Shown here: positions 48,401 to 60,000 of the stretch, piece after piece
Position numbering within the stretch: position 1 is the stretch's first letter
Layout: each line of letters opens with the position of its first letter
NCBI GenBank assembly: GCA_022813865.1
Contig: JALDZX010000002.1
Coordinates: 372,001 to 436,000 of the forward strand
From: Xylographa opegraphella
Lineage: Eukaryota
DNA: 64,000 nt
Direction of reading: 5' to 3'
Program-made: the position numbers and the translations under genes
The notes under the pieces: model-generated
Told to the model about the DNA's origin: nothing
The model's input: the letters and a program-made list of their open reading frames with translations, nothing else
The model's database searches: none

Positions 48401-49151
48401 TTCTTCGACATGTCATCATCTATGGTGTGTCAGGATTTGACAAACTTGGCAAGACCCTCAACGATATCTGGATGCCAGATATCAAGCGCAATCAACTTCC
48501 CGGTGTTCTTGCCGGACTAGCGCCAGTGCGGTCGCTTGTCAATGTTGGAGAAAGTATGAAGAACTTGGTGGTAATACCAGTACGAGAATACCGCAAAGAT
48601 GGTCGCATTGTTCGTAGCATTCAGAAAGGTGCCCTCTCCTTTGCGAAAACAACAACTACCGAGCTTGCAAAGTTCGGCGCGAAGCTTGCCATCGGTACGC
48701 AGACAGTTCTACAGGGCGCAGAAGAATATCTCGTTCAGCCCTCCACAGTCCAGCGCATCGACGAATGGGAAGGCGCCGATTCGGACGACGAGAGAAAGCA
48801 TACCAGTCCATATGCAATACAACCCGAAGGTTTGCTGCAAGGTCTCCGAGGAGGAATGCAACAGCTGGAGCGCGATTTGCTCATGGCAAAGGATGCTATC
48901 ATAGCTATACCTGGGGAGGTAATGGATAGTAGAAGTGCGGCCGGGGTCGCAAGAGCAATGCTTAAGGGAGCACCCACAATGATTTTAAGGCCAGCGCTCG
49001 GAGTGACCAAAGTTGTAGGGCAAACCTTGATGGGAGCAACAAACAGTTTGGACAAAGGGGAGAGGAAGCGCGTCGCAGATGTGAGGATTGAATATTCTTA
49101 CCTATTTTGTGAGCAAGACACTGATTTTTACAGAAATACAAACAACGGTAA
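42477..49151 (+). CDS. ATG2: autophagy-related lipid-transfer protein Atg2 (3 exons)
   Basis: Exons 42477-42638, 42718-49080 and 49134-49151. It has a chorein-like N-terminus ([12 protein letters not shown]...[18 protein letters not shown]), [30 protein letters not shown] and C-terminal amphipathic helices. Confidence 0.95.
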
Positions 49152-49552
49152 ACATGCTAGCGGCGCATGCCTTGATAATGACATTTCTAAAAACTTGCTG
49201 TCTGAGTTATATGGAGCCACGGAGTGCGGGTAATTGATTCTGAATATAGGCATCAAGCAGTTATTTAGGGATAATAAGGGAAATTGCATAGTGTTGTCAT
49301 TTGCTGGACGAGTGGGCTGGAGTTTAGAGCTGGTATGCAGCAAAACGATAGTCGAAAGATACGAAGCGTTGGGGCATCCTTGCATAACTTGAATACCATT
49401 TTGTAAACAAAGATACATGTTAGTGATATAATCCTATCAAGGGCGCCTTTACTCCTAAAAACGAGAGCGTGCATCCCAATGCAGAATTTGTGAAGGAACA
49501 GACATGATTCCAGGTATTAATGCAACAAACATTGCGAGGGTAATACAAGCAA

Positions 49553-50242
49553 TCAATCCTCGTCTTCCTCATCCTCAAGGTCCCTATGTCGGGCCAGTAC
49601 TTTCCGCTTGAATTCCGGCATGTTGTGGTCCCATAGCTCTGCTGCTTCGCCGTTCAATGGACTTGCACTAGTGAAAGCAGATCAGCACAGGTAACGCACA
49701 CTCCAATGTACAAGTCACTTACTTATTAGGCTCGCCTAGTAAACTTTGCAGGCTGAGTAACACACTCTGCACGTTCAGTACCGCGCTCCATTTATCCTTG
49801 AGAATGTCGAGGCAGATACGGCCGCTGAAATCGACGTTAGGGTGGTAGATGGGTGTCTTGAAGAGAACTGTCGGCGGAGCGTATGGATAGTTCGAAGGAA
49901 AATTGAAAGATAGCTTGAAGGTCAAGTCTGCGTAAGGGGTGTCCGTTGGTCCGAGCAGAGTCGCCGTCCAGATGAGGAGGGAATTGCTGGATGGGAAGGC
50001 GGAGATACCCGGCGTTGAAGACATCATAAGAGTCATGAGTTCAGACTGAAGCCTGGTGGAAGAGGGAGAGTTAGTGAGCTCGAAACCGAGTAGCTTGAGG
50101 ACGCTATCAAAGGGATGAAGGGGGAGTACCTTTTGGTGACGCTCTGGGCGTCTTGCCGTCTCGGCGCAGCAAGCTTTACTGCTTCATGCATTGAGGAAAC
50201 GCCAGGTGCTGAATTCTGGGTGTCTTCCATGGTGTAGTCCAT
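49553..50242 (-). CDS. ubiquitin-conjugating enzyme E2, UbcH10/UBE2C (Ubc11) type (3 exons)
   Basis: Exons 50242-50130, 50052-49723 and 49667-49553. Motifs: [43 protein letters not shown] (catalytic Cys), LLGEPNNASPLN. Confidence 0.9.
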
Positions 50243-50691
50243 CTTTGGTACGGATATTTTGTCGAGGGTTTTACGTTGGGTTGGAGCCTCTTGAGCACAA
50301 GGGAAAGCCTGGATCTAGAACGAAAGCCCGTACAAAGGTCTTTTGGGAAATTTGTACAGCACCTTGATCGAGAAAGAGAAAAGGAATTGCAGACTTCGAG
50401 GTGGAACTTGATACGATTTTATAGATGTGGTGAAGAATGAAAGGGTGTAGGAGTGGTCGTGTGAGCGATTATGGGTATACACGGGGTTTGTTGTAGCAAC
50501 CAGATTGCAGGGATTAGGATAGTGCCCGCCAGAGCTTGAAACTCGAAAAACCGCGTCTAGTTCGCGACTGATTGGAAGCCATGACGCGAAATCCTGAAAC
50601 CGTAAGCCACATATGAGACATTTGGAGATGTGCCTGACGTCGTAGCTCAGATAGATTAAAGAGAAAAGCAAACTGCCGTTTTTGTGGTAAA
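50243..50691. promoter_or_regulatory. bidirectional promoter of the E2 and CHK1 genes with MCB/SCB-like CGCG boxes
   Basis: CGCGT at 50552-50556, TTCGCG at 50561-50566, ACGCGAAA at 50584-50591 and ATTGG (reverse CCAAT) at 50571-50575. Confidence 0.55.
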
Positions 50692-52366
50692 ATGATAGCT
50701 CACTCACAACTCGCCCCGCTTCCTAGCGAGCTGCCGTTCCAAATTATTTCCAAGACTATCGGGCAAGGAGCATATGCATGGCGAGTCTCGCAATATCGTG
50801 GTTATTCTCATATGCTAATACTGGACCAGTATCAAGAAAGCTCGGCGACCCGAAAATCCAACTTCGGTCTTTGCTGTCAAATTCATCCACAAAGCCTTTG
50901 CTATAAGGCATGGGCGCATTACTCTCAAACAGCTCAATCTTGAGATCACACTTCACAAACACCTCGGTCATCACTCCAATATAGTTCAATTCTTCCAATC
51001 TGGAGAAGATAGTTCGTGGAAATGGATTGCAATGGAGCTCGCAGAAGGGGGGGATCTCTTTGACAAGATTGAGTCCGACGTTGGAGTTGGAGAGGATGTG
51101 GCACACTTTTATTTCACCCAGCTGACCAATGCTGTGGCATTTATGCATTCGAAAGGCGTGGGCCATAGGGATATCAAGCCGGAGAACATTCTACTGTCTG
51201 CGGAGGGAAACCTCAAGATTGCGGATTTCGGTCTTGCTACTTTGTTCTCGTATCAGGGAGTCCGCAAATACTGCAAGACTAGCTGCGGAAGTCCACCCTA
51301 CACCGCACCTGAAGTCGTCACATGTGATACGGCCACTGCAAAGAGATTGGGCCAGGGATACTCTGGCGACTTGGTAGATATCTGGTCATGCGGCGTCGTG
51401 CTCTTTGTCCTTCTCGCGGGCAATACGCCTTGGGACGAGCCCCTTGACCGCAGCTACGAGTTCAATGAATACGTAAAAACGAACGGACGGCCAGATGACG
51501 AGCTTTGGCAGAGACTCCCGGCCGAGACGCTCTCTCTACTACGAGGAATGATGAAGGTGGAGCCCACTGAGCGATTTTCTCTGGATGATGTGAAGAGACA
51601 TCCATGGTTCACCAGACGTAATCCGTACCTCACTATGGATGGGAAGCTGAAGGATCCCGTTGCGATGGCTACCCAGATGTTCGAGAACATGAAGATCGAT
51701 TTCAATCAGGACCCTCTGGCATTGCAACATAGCCTACGCTCAGTTGATGCTATGGATATCGACAGTCAGGACTTCCGAAGCCGATTCTCGTTCACGCAAC
51801 CAGAGACGCCGACAAATGATATAATGTTCGATTGGGAAAAACCGCCGCGACTCGTAGCGACTGGGGGCATCTCCGCCAGTCAGCCCACTGCTAATGGAGC
51901 CCTGGCCCGTCTAACCGACGATAGCCTGAATGAACGCTTGGCCGAAGAGCCTTCATTCTCGCAGTTTTCGATGACCCCAGCTGTACCGCTGAGCCGGACT
52001 CAATTTGCGCGACAATTCAAAGACATCATTCCGTCCCACTCGCTGACCCGCTTCTTCTCCCTCTGGGCGTTTCAGGCGCTGCTGCCAGCTTTGTCGGAAG
52101 CTCTACACCGTTTGGGAGTGCACATACCGGCACTGCCACCATCGACCTTGGAGGGTAGCGACGAGGTTGCATGGATCAAGGTCAAAACAATGGATACAAG
52201 GAAGTGTGGCATGAATGGGGATATCGTGGTGGAGAGGATGGGAGGTATGAAAGAAGGGCTCGTGGAGGTGAATTTCCTCAAGGTCAAGGGGGATCCGGTG
52301 GAGTGGAGACGGTTCTTCAAGAAGGTGGTGGTCCTGTGCAAGGACGCCGTGTACAAGCCCGAATAG
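50692..52366 (+). CDS. CHK1: checkpoint Ser/Thr kinase Chk1 (2 exons, GC-AG intron)
   Basis: Exons 50692-50780 and 50830-52366. Motifs: IGQGAYACIKKA, AVKFIH, GGDLFDKIE, HRDIKPEN, DFG, NTPWDEP, and a C-terminal KA1-like LTRFFS...KGDPVEWRRFFK. Confidence 0.92.
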
Positions 52367-53777
52367 CAGAGGTCGGGAAGCAGGATGTGCATGCATAGCC
52401 ATGGCGTTGGTGCATCAACTTTTCAGCATTATTGGCTCGACGGTCAGGCTTTGGAAATGACTTGGTGATGGGCACTTGGCCAGTGGGTACAGATATAAAC
52501 AAACAATAACATCAACAGGAATGTAATAGCTCTTCGCTCTTCCAGAGCAAGTTCACGGATCAGATTCTGATATGCAGGCCGTTTGTATGGCCAGGGATCG
52601 TCCCAGCTGTGAAGAAGGCATGAATTGAATTGATACCTTACCCTTTCTGCCTCCGGGCCAGTGGTCCTTAGGTCTTGGACAAAATACGTTTTTGCTCTAT
52701 GGTCGGTGAAATGGAAAACAATGATCCGAACGTATCCTACATGGGGGTCCAGTAAATTGTTTAACGAGAAAAAGGCCCATTTCTGTTTTCGTCAGCGGAG
52801 AAGTAGTAGCGTAATTCCATTTGCGGCTTCGATCCTACAGATTCGTCCGAAGCCGGCTAAAATAGGGACGATCCGTGCCGGGGAAGGAGCCACAGTGGCT
52901 CCGTAAGTTGTGCTTAATACATCAGAGAGATAGCTTTGGTTGGGACTTGCGGCGCTGCGCATCTGAATTGTCCGAGACTCGCCGTGGTGGCGCGGACAGA
53001 AATGTTGGCCTCGTGAGCACAGAGTACATTGTGACAACAGATCCACAGCGTATCCAGCATCAGCTACCTAGGTATGGTTGTCAAGGGAGATGAGCATAAT
53101 ATTGATGGTGATTGGAGGCTGGGGATGGGCCAAACAAGAATAGTGGCAGTCGCCCGCCCACTCACTCAAGCTTAATGCATTTCTAGCCCCCGTGGCACCC
53201 CCGCGCAGTCTGCCCCGGCCGAGGCGCAAGAAGAAGAAAAGGCCTGCGCTCGTCTCAGTGGACTGGCGATACTTTCCGCAACCGCTGCGTGGGTGCAAGC
53301 ATCATTAATCCGGCACGCCTCCACAGCCTCGTCACTCGTCATCCATTATTTTGCTTACTCTCCGACGGGGGTTCAGCTTTCACGATCATCCTAGTCCCGA
53401 AGGAGGAGTCGACCAGCATCGTTATTCCTTTGATGTTGTGATTGTCGCATCGATCTATGCCTTCTTGCCGTGCCCCAACATAGATCACAATCCCGCGTGC
53501 CTATCCTTCCGAAAGAGGCAGTGTGTTTCAAGGAGCAACGAGTTTGCGGGGGAGCGACGTATCTGCAACTCTCTTGTCAACCTTCTATGTTCATTCATCC
53601 CTTGTAACCATCGTCAAACGAACTGTCCAACAGTGCCGCTATCGGGACAGAGACGTTGATGAAATGTCTCGTCCAGAAATGTCGATTTAACACCAATTTC
53701 GTTGGAAGTTCGCTGCACCAAGGACTGCCTCAATTTCTGCGAGGACCAGGCCGTGAGACGGGTCCAAGAGTCTCGTC

Positions 53778-55244
53778 ATGAATTCTAGGTCGGGATTTAG
53801 CCCGACGAGCCCGCAACATATGGGAAGCAGTACAGCTTCCACACTCTCCTCTGCGCCAAATACTGGTTGGACGACACCGACTACTTCGTATCCCACGTCA
53901 GCCCGGTCGGACAAGGGCAGTGGGTGGCCGCCACGGAACTTGGGCCAGAGCATCGAGTCGCCTCCTGCAGAGATGGGCTCGCGCACAAAGCCTGGGAATC
54001 TGAGTCTCGTCAGTCCAGTCACTGTGGTTGCGGGCAAGAACACTGCAGGTCATGCGAAGCTCCACAAAAGAGAATATTCCTCCTCGTCGATCCCAACTCC
54101 GAAGACGGCAGCCTTCCCAGCATTCGATCCTAGTTATCAAGACATGGTCAGCCCTCCGGCAATATACCATGATGCCTATGCGCCGCCCTCGCCCGCGACA
54201 TCCATCCGAAGCAAAGTGAAGATAAAGCCTCTGTTGCGAAAACTCCAAGTACAAGAGAAAACATCACTCGACCTGTCCAGGTCGGCTGCTGAGAATGAAG
54301 GCCTAGGCATATACACCTCGAACAACACCAGAGATGGCCGTGGTAACTCGGATGCTAGCGGAGGAAGGCGGGGATATCACACTCGTACTACAAGCGGCAC
54401 CTCGCAAATGTCGTCGACCACGACGTTCAGCGTCCATCGATCAGGGTCACAGTACGTCCATCCCATGCGGCAAACCCCGCGTCCATTCACTCCCCCAGCG
54501 GTGCATTCACAGCACCCATCACTCGCAAACAGCGACCTCTCCTCCATCAACACACCCGATCGACCGCAGCTCTATCGCTATACTTCCTCATCCAACCCAT
54601 CCTCCTATGCTCCTCTGCCCACGCTCAAGCGCACTCCACCACCGCTTCACATCCGCACTCACTCCTCCTCACGCCTGACCTCGTCCTCACAGACGAACCT
54701 CCCCGGTACGCCATCATCATTGCGCTACGCCGACACCTTCGCCCCTCCAGACCCCATGCCCCTCACCGCGCGCTCGTCCTTTGATACCTTCCACAAACGC
54801 TCTCGCACCAATACGGCGACCGATCCCGCGGCCCAGCTCGCTGCTGTACAGGCCCTACGCGCGGAGTTCAATGCCCGCGAGACGGCTAAGGACCTGAAGT
54901 TCCAGCAAGCCACAGCCCGCCTGCAGCAAAAAGATGCTCGCAAGCAGGAGAAGCGCGATGAGTCCGCACGGAGGAAGTCGGAAGCACAGGAGAGGAAGAA
55001 AACACGGAGCACGGCTGCGAGCGAGAAAAGCGTGCCATTGAGTGCAGAGTATACTCAGACTCTGGCCGCGCCGATGGTGACGGGTTTTGATACGGAGGCG
55101 CAAGAGGTGAAGAGACCGAAGAGGGCAAGGACGGCGACGGCGGGGAGCGCAGGAAAGGCGGTGGGAAGCCAGTGGAGTTTGTTTTGGTTTCGGTTCAAGA
55201 CACTGTGGTTGAAATTCAAGAGGAGTATGTCGCGAGGTTTTTGA
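53778..55244 (+). CDS. Ser/Pro/Thr-rich hypothetical protein with a C-terminal coiled coil
   Basis: 488-aa ORF with conserved-looking islands KIKPLLRKL, LDLSRS, GLGIY and YVHPMRQTPRPFTPP, and an amphipathic aromatic C-terminus (WFRFKTLWLKFKR). Confidence 0.75.
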   Translation: MNSRSGFSPTSPQHMGSSTASTLSSAPNTGWTTPTTSYPTSARSDKGSGWPPRNLGQSIESPPAEMGSRTKPGNLSLVSPVTVVAGKNTAGHAKLHKREYSSSSIPTPKTAAFPAFDPSYQDMVSPPAIYHDAYAPPSPATSIRSKVKIKPLLRKLQVQEKTSLDLSRSAAENEGLGIYTSNNTRDGRGNSDASGGRRGYHTRTTSGTSQMSSTTTFSVHRSGSQYVHPMRQTPRPFTPPAVHSQHPSLANSDLSSINTPDRPQLYRYTSSSNPSSYAPLPTLKRTPPPLHIRTHSSSRLTSSSQTNLPGTPSSLRYADTFAPPDPMPLTARSSFDTFHKRSRTNTATDPAAQLAAVQALRAEFNARETAKDLKFQQATARLQQKDARKQEKRDESARRKSEAQERKKTRSTAASEKSVPLSAEYTQTLAAPMVTGFDTEAQEVKRPKRARTATAGSAGKAVGSQWSLFWFRFKTLWLKFKRSMSRGF

Positions 55245-56716
55245 GGCTTTGGAATCAGCAATGGTGGTGATGACGGATGGTAAGTTTAGGGTTGGTGACG
55301 TACGGACGGAATTTGATTACGAGCAACAACGAGGGTGCATAATCCCGTCAACGGAAGGCGTTTACACATATCATACCTTCGATGAGAAACCGGTGTACGG
55401 GGGCGGGGGATGGCGCGTGGTTTTGCATTCGGGGACATTTGTGGCGGATCCTTTTACGGCATGGGGTTCTGCGGCATCTTTTCCTTTCTTGTTGGAGGCC
55501 TCTTGGCTTTGAGCACGATACCACTGGCTGCAGCAGGCATGCTTTCTATTTGGGGCGATTTGGCACGGCGTCCGGAGTCCGCTTGGGCGTTGAGAACATA
55601 CGCGGGAGTTTTCCGGGGGCTGGTCTTTAATGGCGGTACAGGTACATATCGATGCTGCTCCCCTCACATAAGTGATCAGAATGCGCGCGGGCTTGGACAA
55701 TGAACCAATGAATGTCGAGATGCAAGATACTGCGATGTGTGTGTGAGGTGCTTATGATCCCTGATGCCGACGTCGTTATCGGCTTTTGAAGTCTTTGTCT
55801 CGCCTAACCAATACTTATCAGCCCACGATCCGAACACTCTCATCGCTCGAAAGATTCATAGCTCTCTAGATACCTGTTGCATCTCACAGCAGCTCGCCTG
55901 GCCACTACATCCCACTCCCACTGTCCCCAAACCACAGTTGCCCATGAATGCCCCCCTCACCCCCACACTGCCCCCGTCCACTACATCCTCCTTGCTCTAG
56001 CTACCCAACCGACACCCAGATCTGATCGATCCGAATGACTAGCTATATACCGCCCCATCCCTCCATTCCCCTCCCGCTCGTCCATCACGGTACGAACATA
56101 TACCCGAGTCGAAGTATACGTAGGACGTAGAACCCCCGATGGAGATCAAGTCCAAGTCAAGTCCCTAGCCTAATCTAACACATCCGTCCTCTCTCCGAAG
56201 CAGCGGGTGTCACATAGAGCCGCGAGAAGAAGGATTGGAAACCGAAATGTAGATTTTGTGCAGCGGACATCACCACGGTAGGCAACAAGCATGGGGTGCC
56301 CTCTCTGCCTCGGACATATCGTCCGCGAAAAAGGTATTCTGGATGATAAACGCCCGTCTTACTATTAGCTTTTAGAGGCACACCGCACGCAAGTCACTCG
56401 AAAACAGGGTTGAATGGCAATCTTTTTATTTATCCATCGAAGCAGAAATCTCTCCCTATTGCAGGGCCTATCAGATACATACAATGTGACGCGCGCACGA
56501 AGGATCGGGAAAGAAAAACAAAACAAAACCATGCATTTGTGCTTAATGGAACCTGTCTATAAACAAAAGCGACCCTATAGGTCCACAAGTATGGGCATCC
56601 CGCCTCACGTCGAGCTATCGTACAACTTTGATTTCGGCCACTCGGCCCCCCCTCCGCACCGGCACTCCTCCCACCACTGAAATTATGACCAGTCCCGTCC
56701 CCCCCCAACCCCCCAA

Positions 56717-57010
56717 CCGTAGACATACACCGAAGTCAGTCAATACGGAAGAAGGGAAGGGGGGAGTTGTGTAGACACCATCTCTTCCACCACGCCACCT
56801 TGACCAGACCCCCCCACCGTAGACATACACCGAAGTCAGTCAATACGGCAGGGGGGGCTGTGTGGACACCATCTCTCCCGTTTGCGCCTGCTCAATTGGT
56901 ACGACATACACCGAAGTCAGTCGAGTACCAAGAGCGCTACAAAGGGGCGGGAGAGATGGTGTTGTGTTGTGTGTGGTGGATAAGATGGCGACAGTACACC
57001 GAGACGGCCA
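56717..57010 (-). repeat. array of 3 (plus 1 degenerate) hairpins with a shared C(UUCG)G-capped core in the nucleoporin 3' UTR
   Basis: The core gacatacaccgaagtcagtc is identical at 56722, 56822 and 56903, with a degenerate copy at ~56990. Each core is flanked by inverted repeats. Confidence 0.85.
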
Positions 57011-57015
57011 GGATT

Positions 57016-60000
57016 TCAGTTGGACTTGTTCTCCTCCAGGAGGAGTGCCAGCTCCGCTGCCCTTTCTTTCGACCCGACCATAATAGTCCACTGACTTATC
57101 CTCCCGGTGTCGGTAGCGACACCGAAGGTCACCGTTTTGTCAGTGACGTGGTTGTAGGTCATGCCTTCCATAAGAGCGGTGTTGAGAATTATCTTGCCGA
57201 CCGTTTCCACCCGATGTACAATTCGAACTCTGCCTGTGGAGCGGTGTTTCAGAACTCTCAGGGGTCCAAGACCTTTCTTAACCCATTCCTTCTTTTGCAG
57301 CTCTAATGATTTTGCTTTGACCTCTAAGAGACATTCCTCATTCTCTTCGCCAGCACGAGCACTCGTAAGATCGATCTGTGGAAGGAGTGGCATAGCTGAC
57401 TGATCATCTTCTGCAGCACTTTCACCGCCGGTTGAGATCTCGGGAGAAGTAGTGCGCGAAGAAGTGGCAGAATTTGAAGATAGTGGCACAGCAAGGGAGC
57501 TAAAAGGTTTGGATGGTTCGCCAAATATAAAGCCAACAGCGGGAACTGGTGGACTTGACTTTGGCGAGGTTGAGAAAATTGACTCTGTCTTTGCACTCGG
57601 AGTGTTACTGAATGATGCTCCGAATGATGCTCCGAATGATGCTCCGAATGATGCTCCGAATGATGCTCCTAATGTAGTAGGCTGGCTAGCAAAAGAGTTT
57701 GTGGCCGGTTTCGCTCCAAACAGTGTAGAGGAGGGATTTTGACTCTGTTCATTCTCTATCGGCTTGGTTGGCGAGGGTGATGTAAAGCTCAGGGTCGGAG
57801 CAGTGCTTGCACTGCCAAACTTTATGGGAGTATTAATCTTCCACGTGGTATTGGGCTGCGGTCTTGGCAATGCCGTCTTGGGATTTGAAGAGCTATCTGA
57901 CGCGGTTCCGAACGGACCCATTGACTGGGAGTTCGAGAACGGCTGACCAAACAGACCGCTACGAGGGGCAGTTGGCGTTGACGCAGAGGTGCCTTGCAAT
58001 GTAGATGGCTGACCGAACAGCCCAATTGATCGCCCAGTTTCGTTCTGCTTGTTCTCGGACGCAGAGGGAATTTCGCGCTTAAGACTGCCATCAGAATTTG
58101 TCTCGATCCTATCGAAGATACTCCGTGGAGCTAAAATGGAGCTTGCGTCTGAGGCGAGGGCTGCTTCTATCTTGCTTGCTTGTGTTTCAGACTCGTCTTC
58201 ATCGCTACCTTCGCTCTGATCATCATCACCTTGAGCCTCATTGTTAACTTGCGTATTAAGATTTGCCCATGGATTCTGCCAATGCGACTCAGAAGGATTT
58301 TCGAGAACAAAAGGGTCTTCGAGAACAGAACTCGGGCCGGAGATGTCACTGGATGCAGATGCTACAGTTGCAGGTTGAGGAGATCTTGATGCCGACTTCG
58401 CATCCTTGGTGCTATGACCAAGAGCTTTGTTCGGCACAAACTTAAAAGTGGTATTAGTTTTTGCTTCTTCAATTTTTCGCTTTTTGGCCCGTTGCTCATC
58501 TTCATATTTACGTTCCCACGCTGCTTCCGCATCCTCACCGTCATCAGAGTCATACTCATCTGCTTTTCGTTTTGCTTTCGCCTCCTTGGCTATTTCTTCT
58601 TCCGTCTTCTTAGCACTCTGCCTGAATTGGCTCAAAAAGTTAGTACCAGAAGGTGTGCCGAAGCTGGGCACCTTGAAAGTAGAAGACTGCACAAGAGCAA
58701 CAGTCTTGTCCACCAGGGCAGGACCAGGAGTATTTGCAAAGAGGCTAGCACCGGGCTTACTAGGAGCGGCGGGAGCTTTCTGCAGTGTAGCAGCATTCAC
58801 ATTGAAGGTCGGTCCTTTATCTGGAGCGGAAGCACTGGCAGAGCTGCTGGCATTACCCTTGGCAGCTTTCGCAAATAAACGCGAAGTTTCAGTTTTTTGC
58901 GGTAGTGTAGGGTGGGTTATATTACCACGCGCTTTTTTGGCGTTGTCAGAAACCCCATTTTTGCCACTGCCTTTGCTGATTTCTTCCGTGGCTTTTCGCT
59001 TTGAATTGTTACTGTTTGACGAGGTCGTGAGAGGCCCGTCACCATTTGTCCAAGTAGCATTGTTGGCAATCTGCTTATTCAGCCCGTTGCCCTGATCCTC
59101 ACCAAGTCGTTTCCTTTTGGTGCCGGGATCTTGAAGCGATAAACTTCCATCACGGAGAATCAGATCCATCTTCGCTTGATAAAATCCAAGAACGCCAGCA
59201 TCTACGGGAAAGATAATGGCGCTGTCAATGTATTTCTTGAAAGCATGATTGAGCGATCTAATACGATAATGAGTGATGTACTCTCGCTTCTGGTTTTCGG
59301 TGAAATTTTTAGGACATGTTGGAGGCATTAGAGTTTCCATTTGCTGACCCGCCGATGAAGTTTTTTCTGAGTAAGATGATGCTTCCGAGGCTTCGATTGT
59401 GGTCTTCGCAATAGGAACGTTATTTGAAGTTGGAAAGGAGCCACCGCTCTGCGACGATGGCTCTATAGGAGTGCTATCTGAAGTAAAAACGAAGCCACTG
59501 CTTTGGGTCGACTTTGCAATAGGCGCATTACTTGATGGAGGAATGGAGCGACTGATCTGGGACGAAGGCGCTTCTTTGCTACTTGTGGGGAAAATTGTTG
59601 TTTGCGATGGATTGGAAGTAGGGATTAGCGGCTTGAACAAGGGTTCCTTTGTCGAAGCTAGCTTTGGCGTTGCCGCTTCGCCTCCATTTGACATATGAGT
59701 GGGCTGAAAGCTCTGAGATGTGGCTGGAGTAGGTAATAACGACTTGAACAACGGTGCCTTTCTCGGGGCTGGCGTTGGTGTCATCGCTTCGCTCCCATTT
59801 GACATATGAGTGGGCTGAAAACTCTGAGATGTATCGGAAGGAGGGATTGGCGGATTGAACATCGTTCGGCTTGTCGGAGCAGGCCTTGGCGTATGGTCTT
59901 CGTCCCCATCTGACATATGAGTGGACTCGATGGCCTGAGACGTGTCCATGTCGGAGTCAAGCATTTCGGCTTCATTGGCGTCCGCCGCGTTAATAGGGTT

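Noticed and set aside
56717..56931. CRISPR-like repeat-spacer array (32-nt palindromic repeat)
   Set aside because: There are only three units, the 'spacers' are partly homologous and pair with flanks, no cas genes are present, and the context is a eukaryotic 3' UTR.
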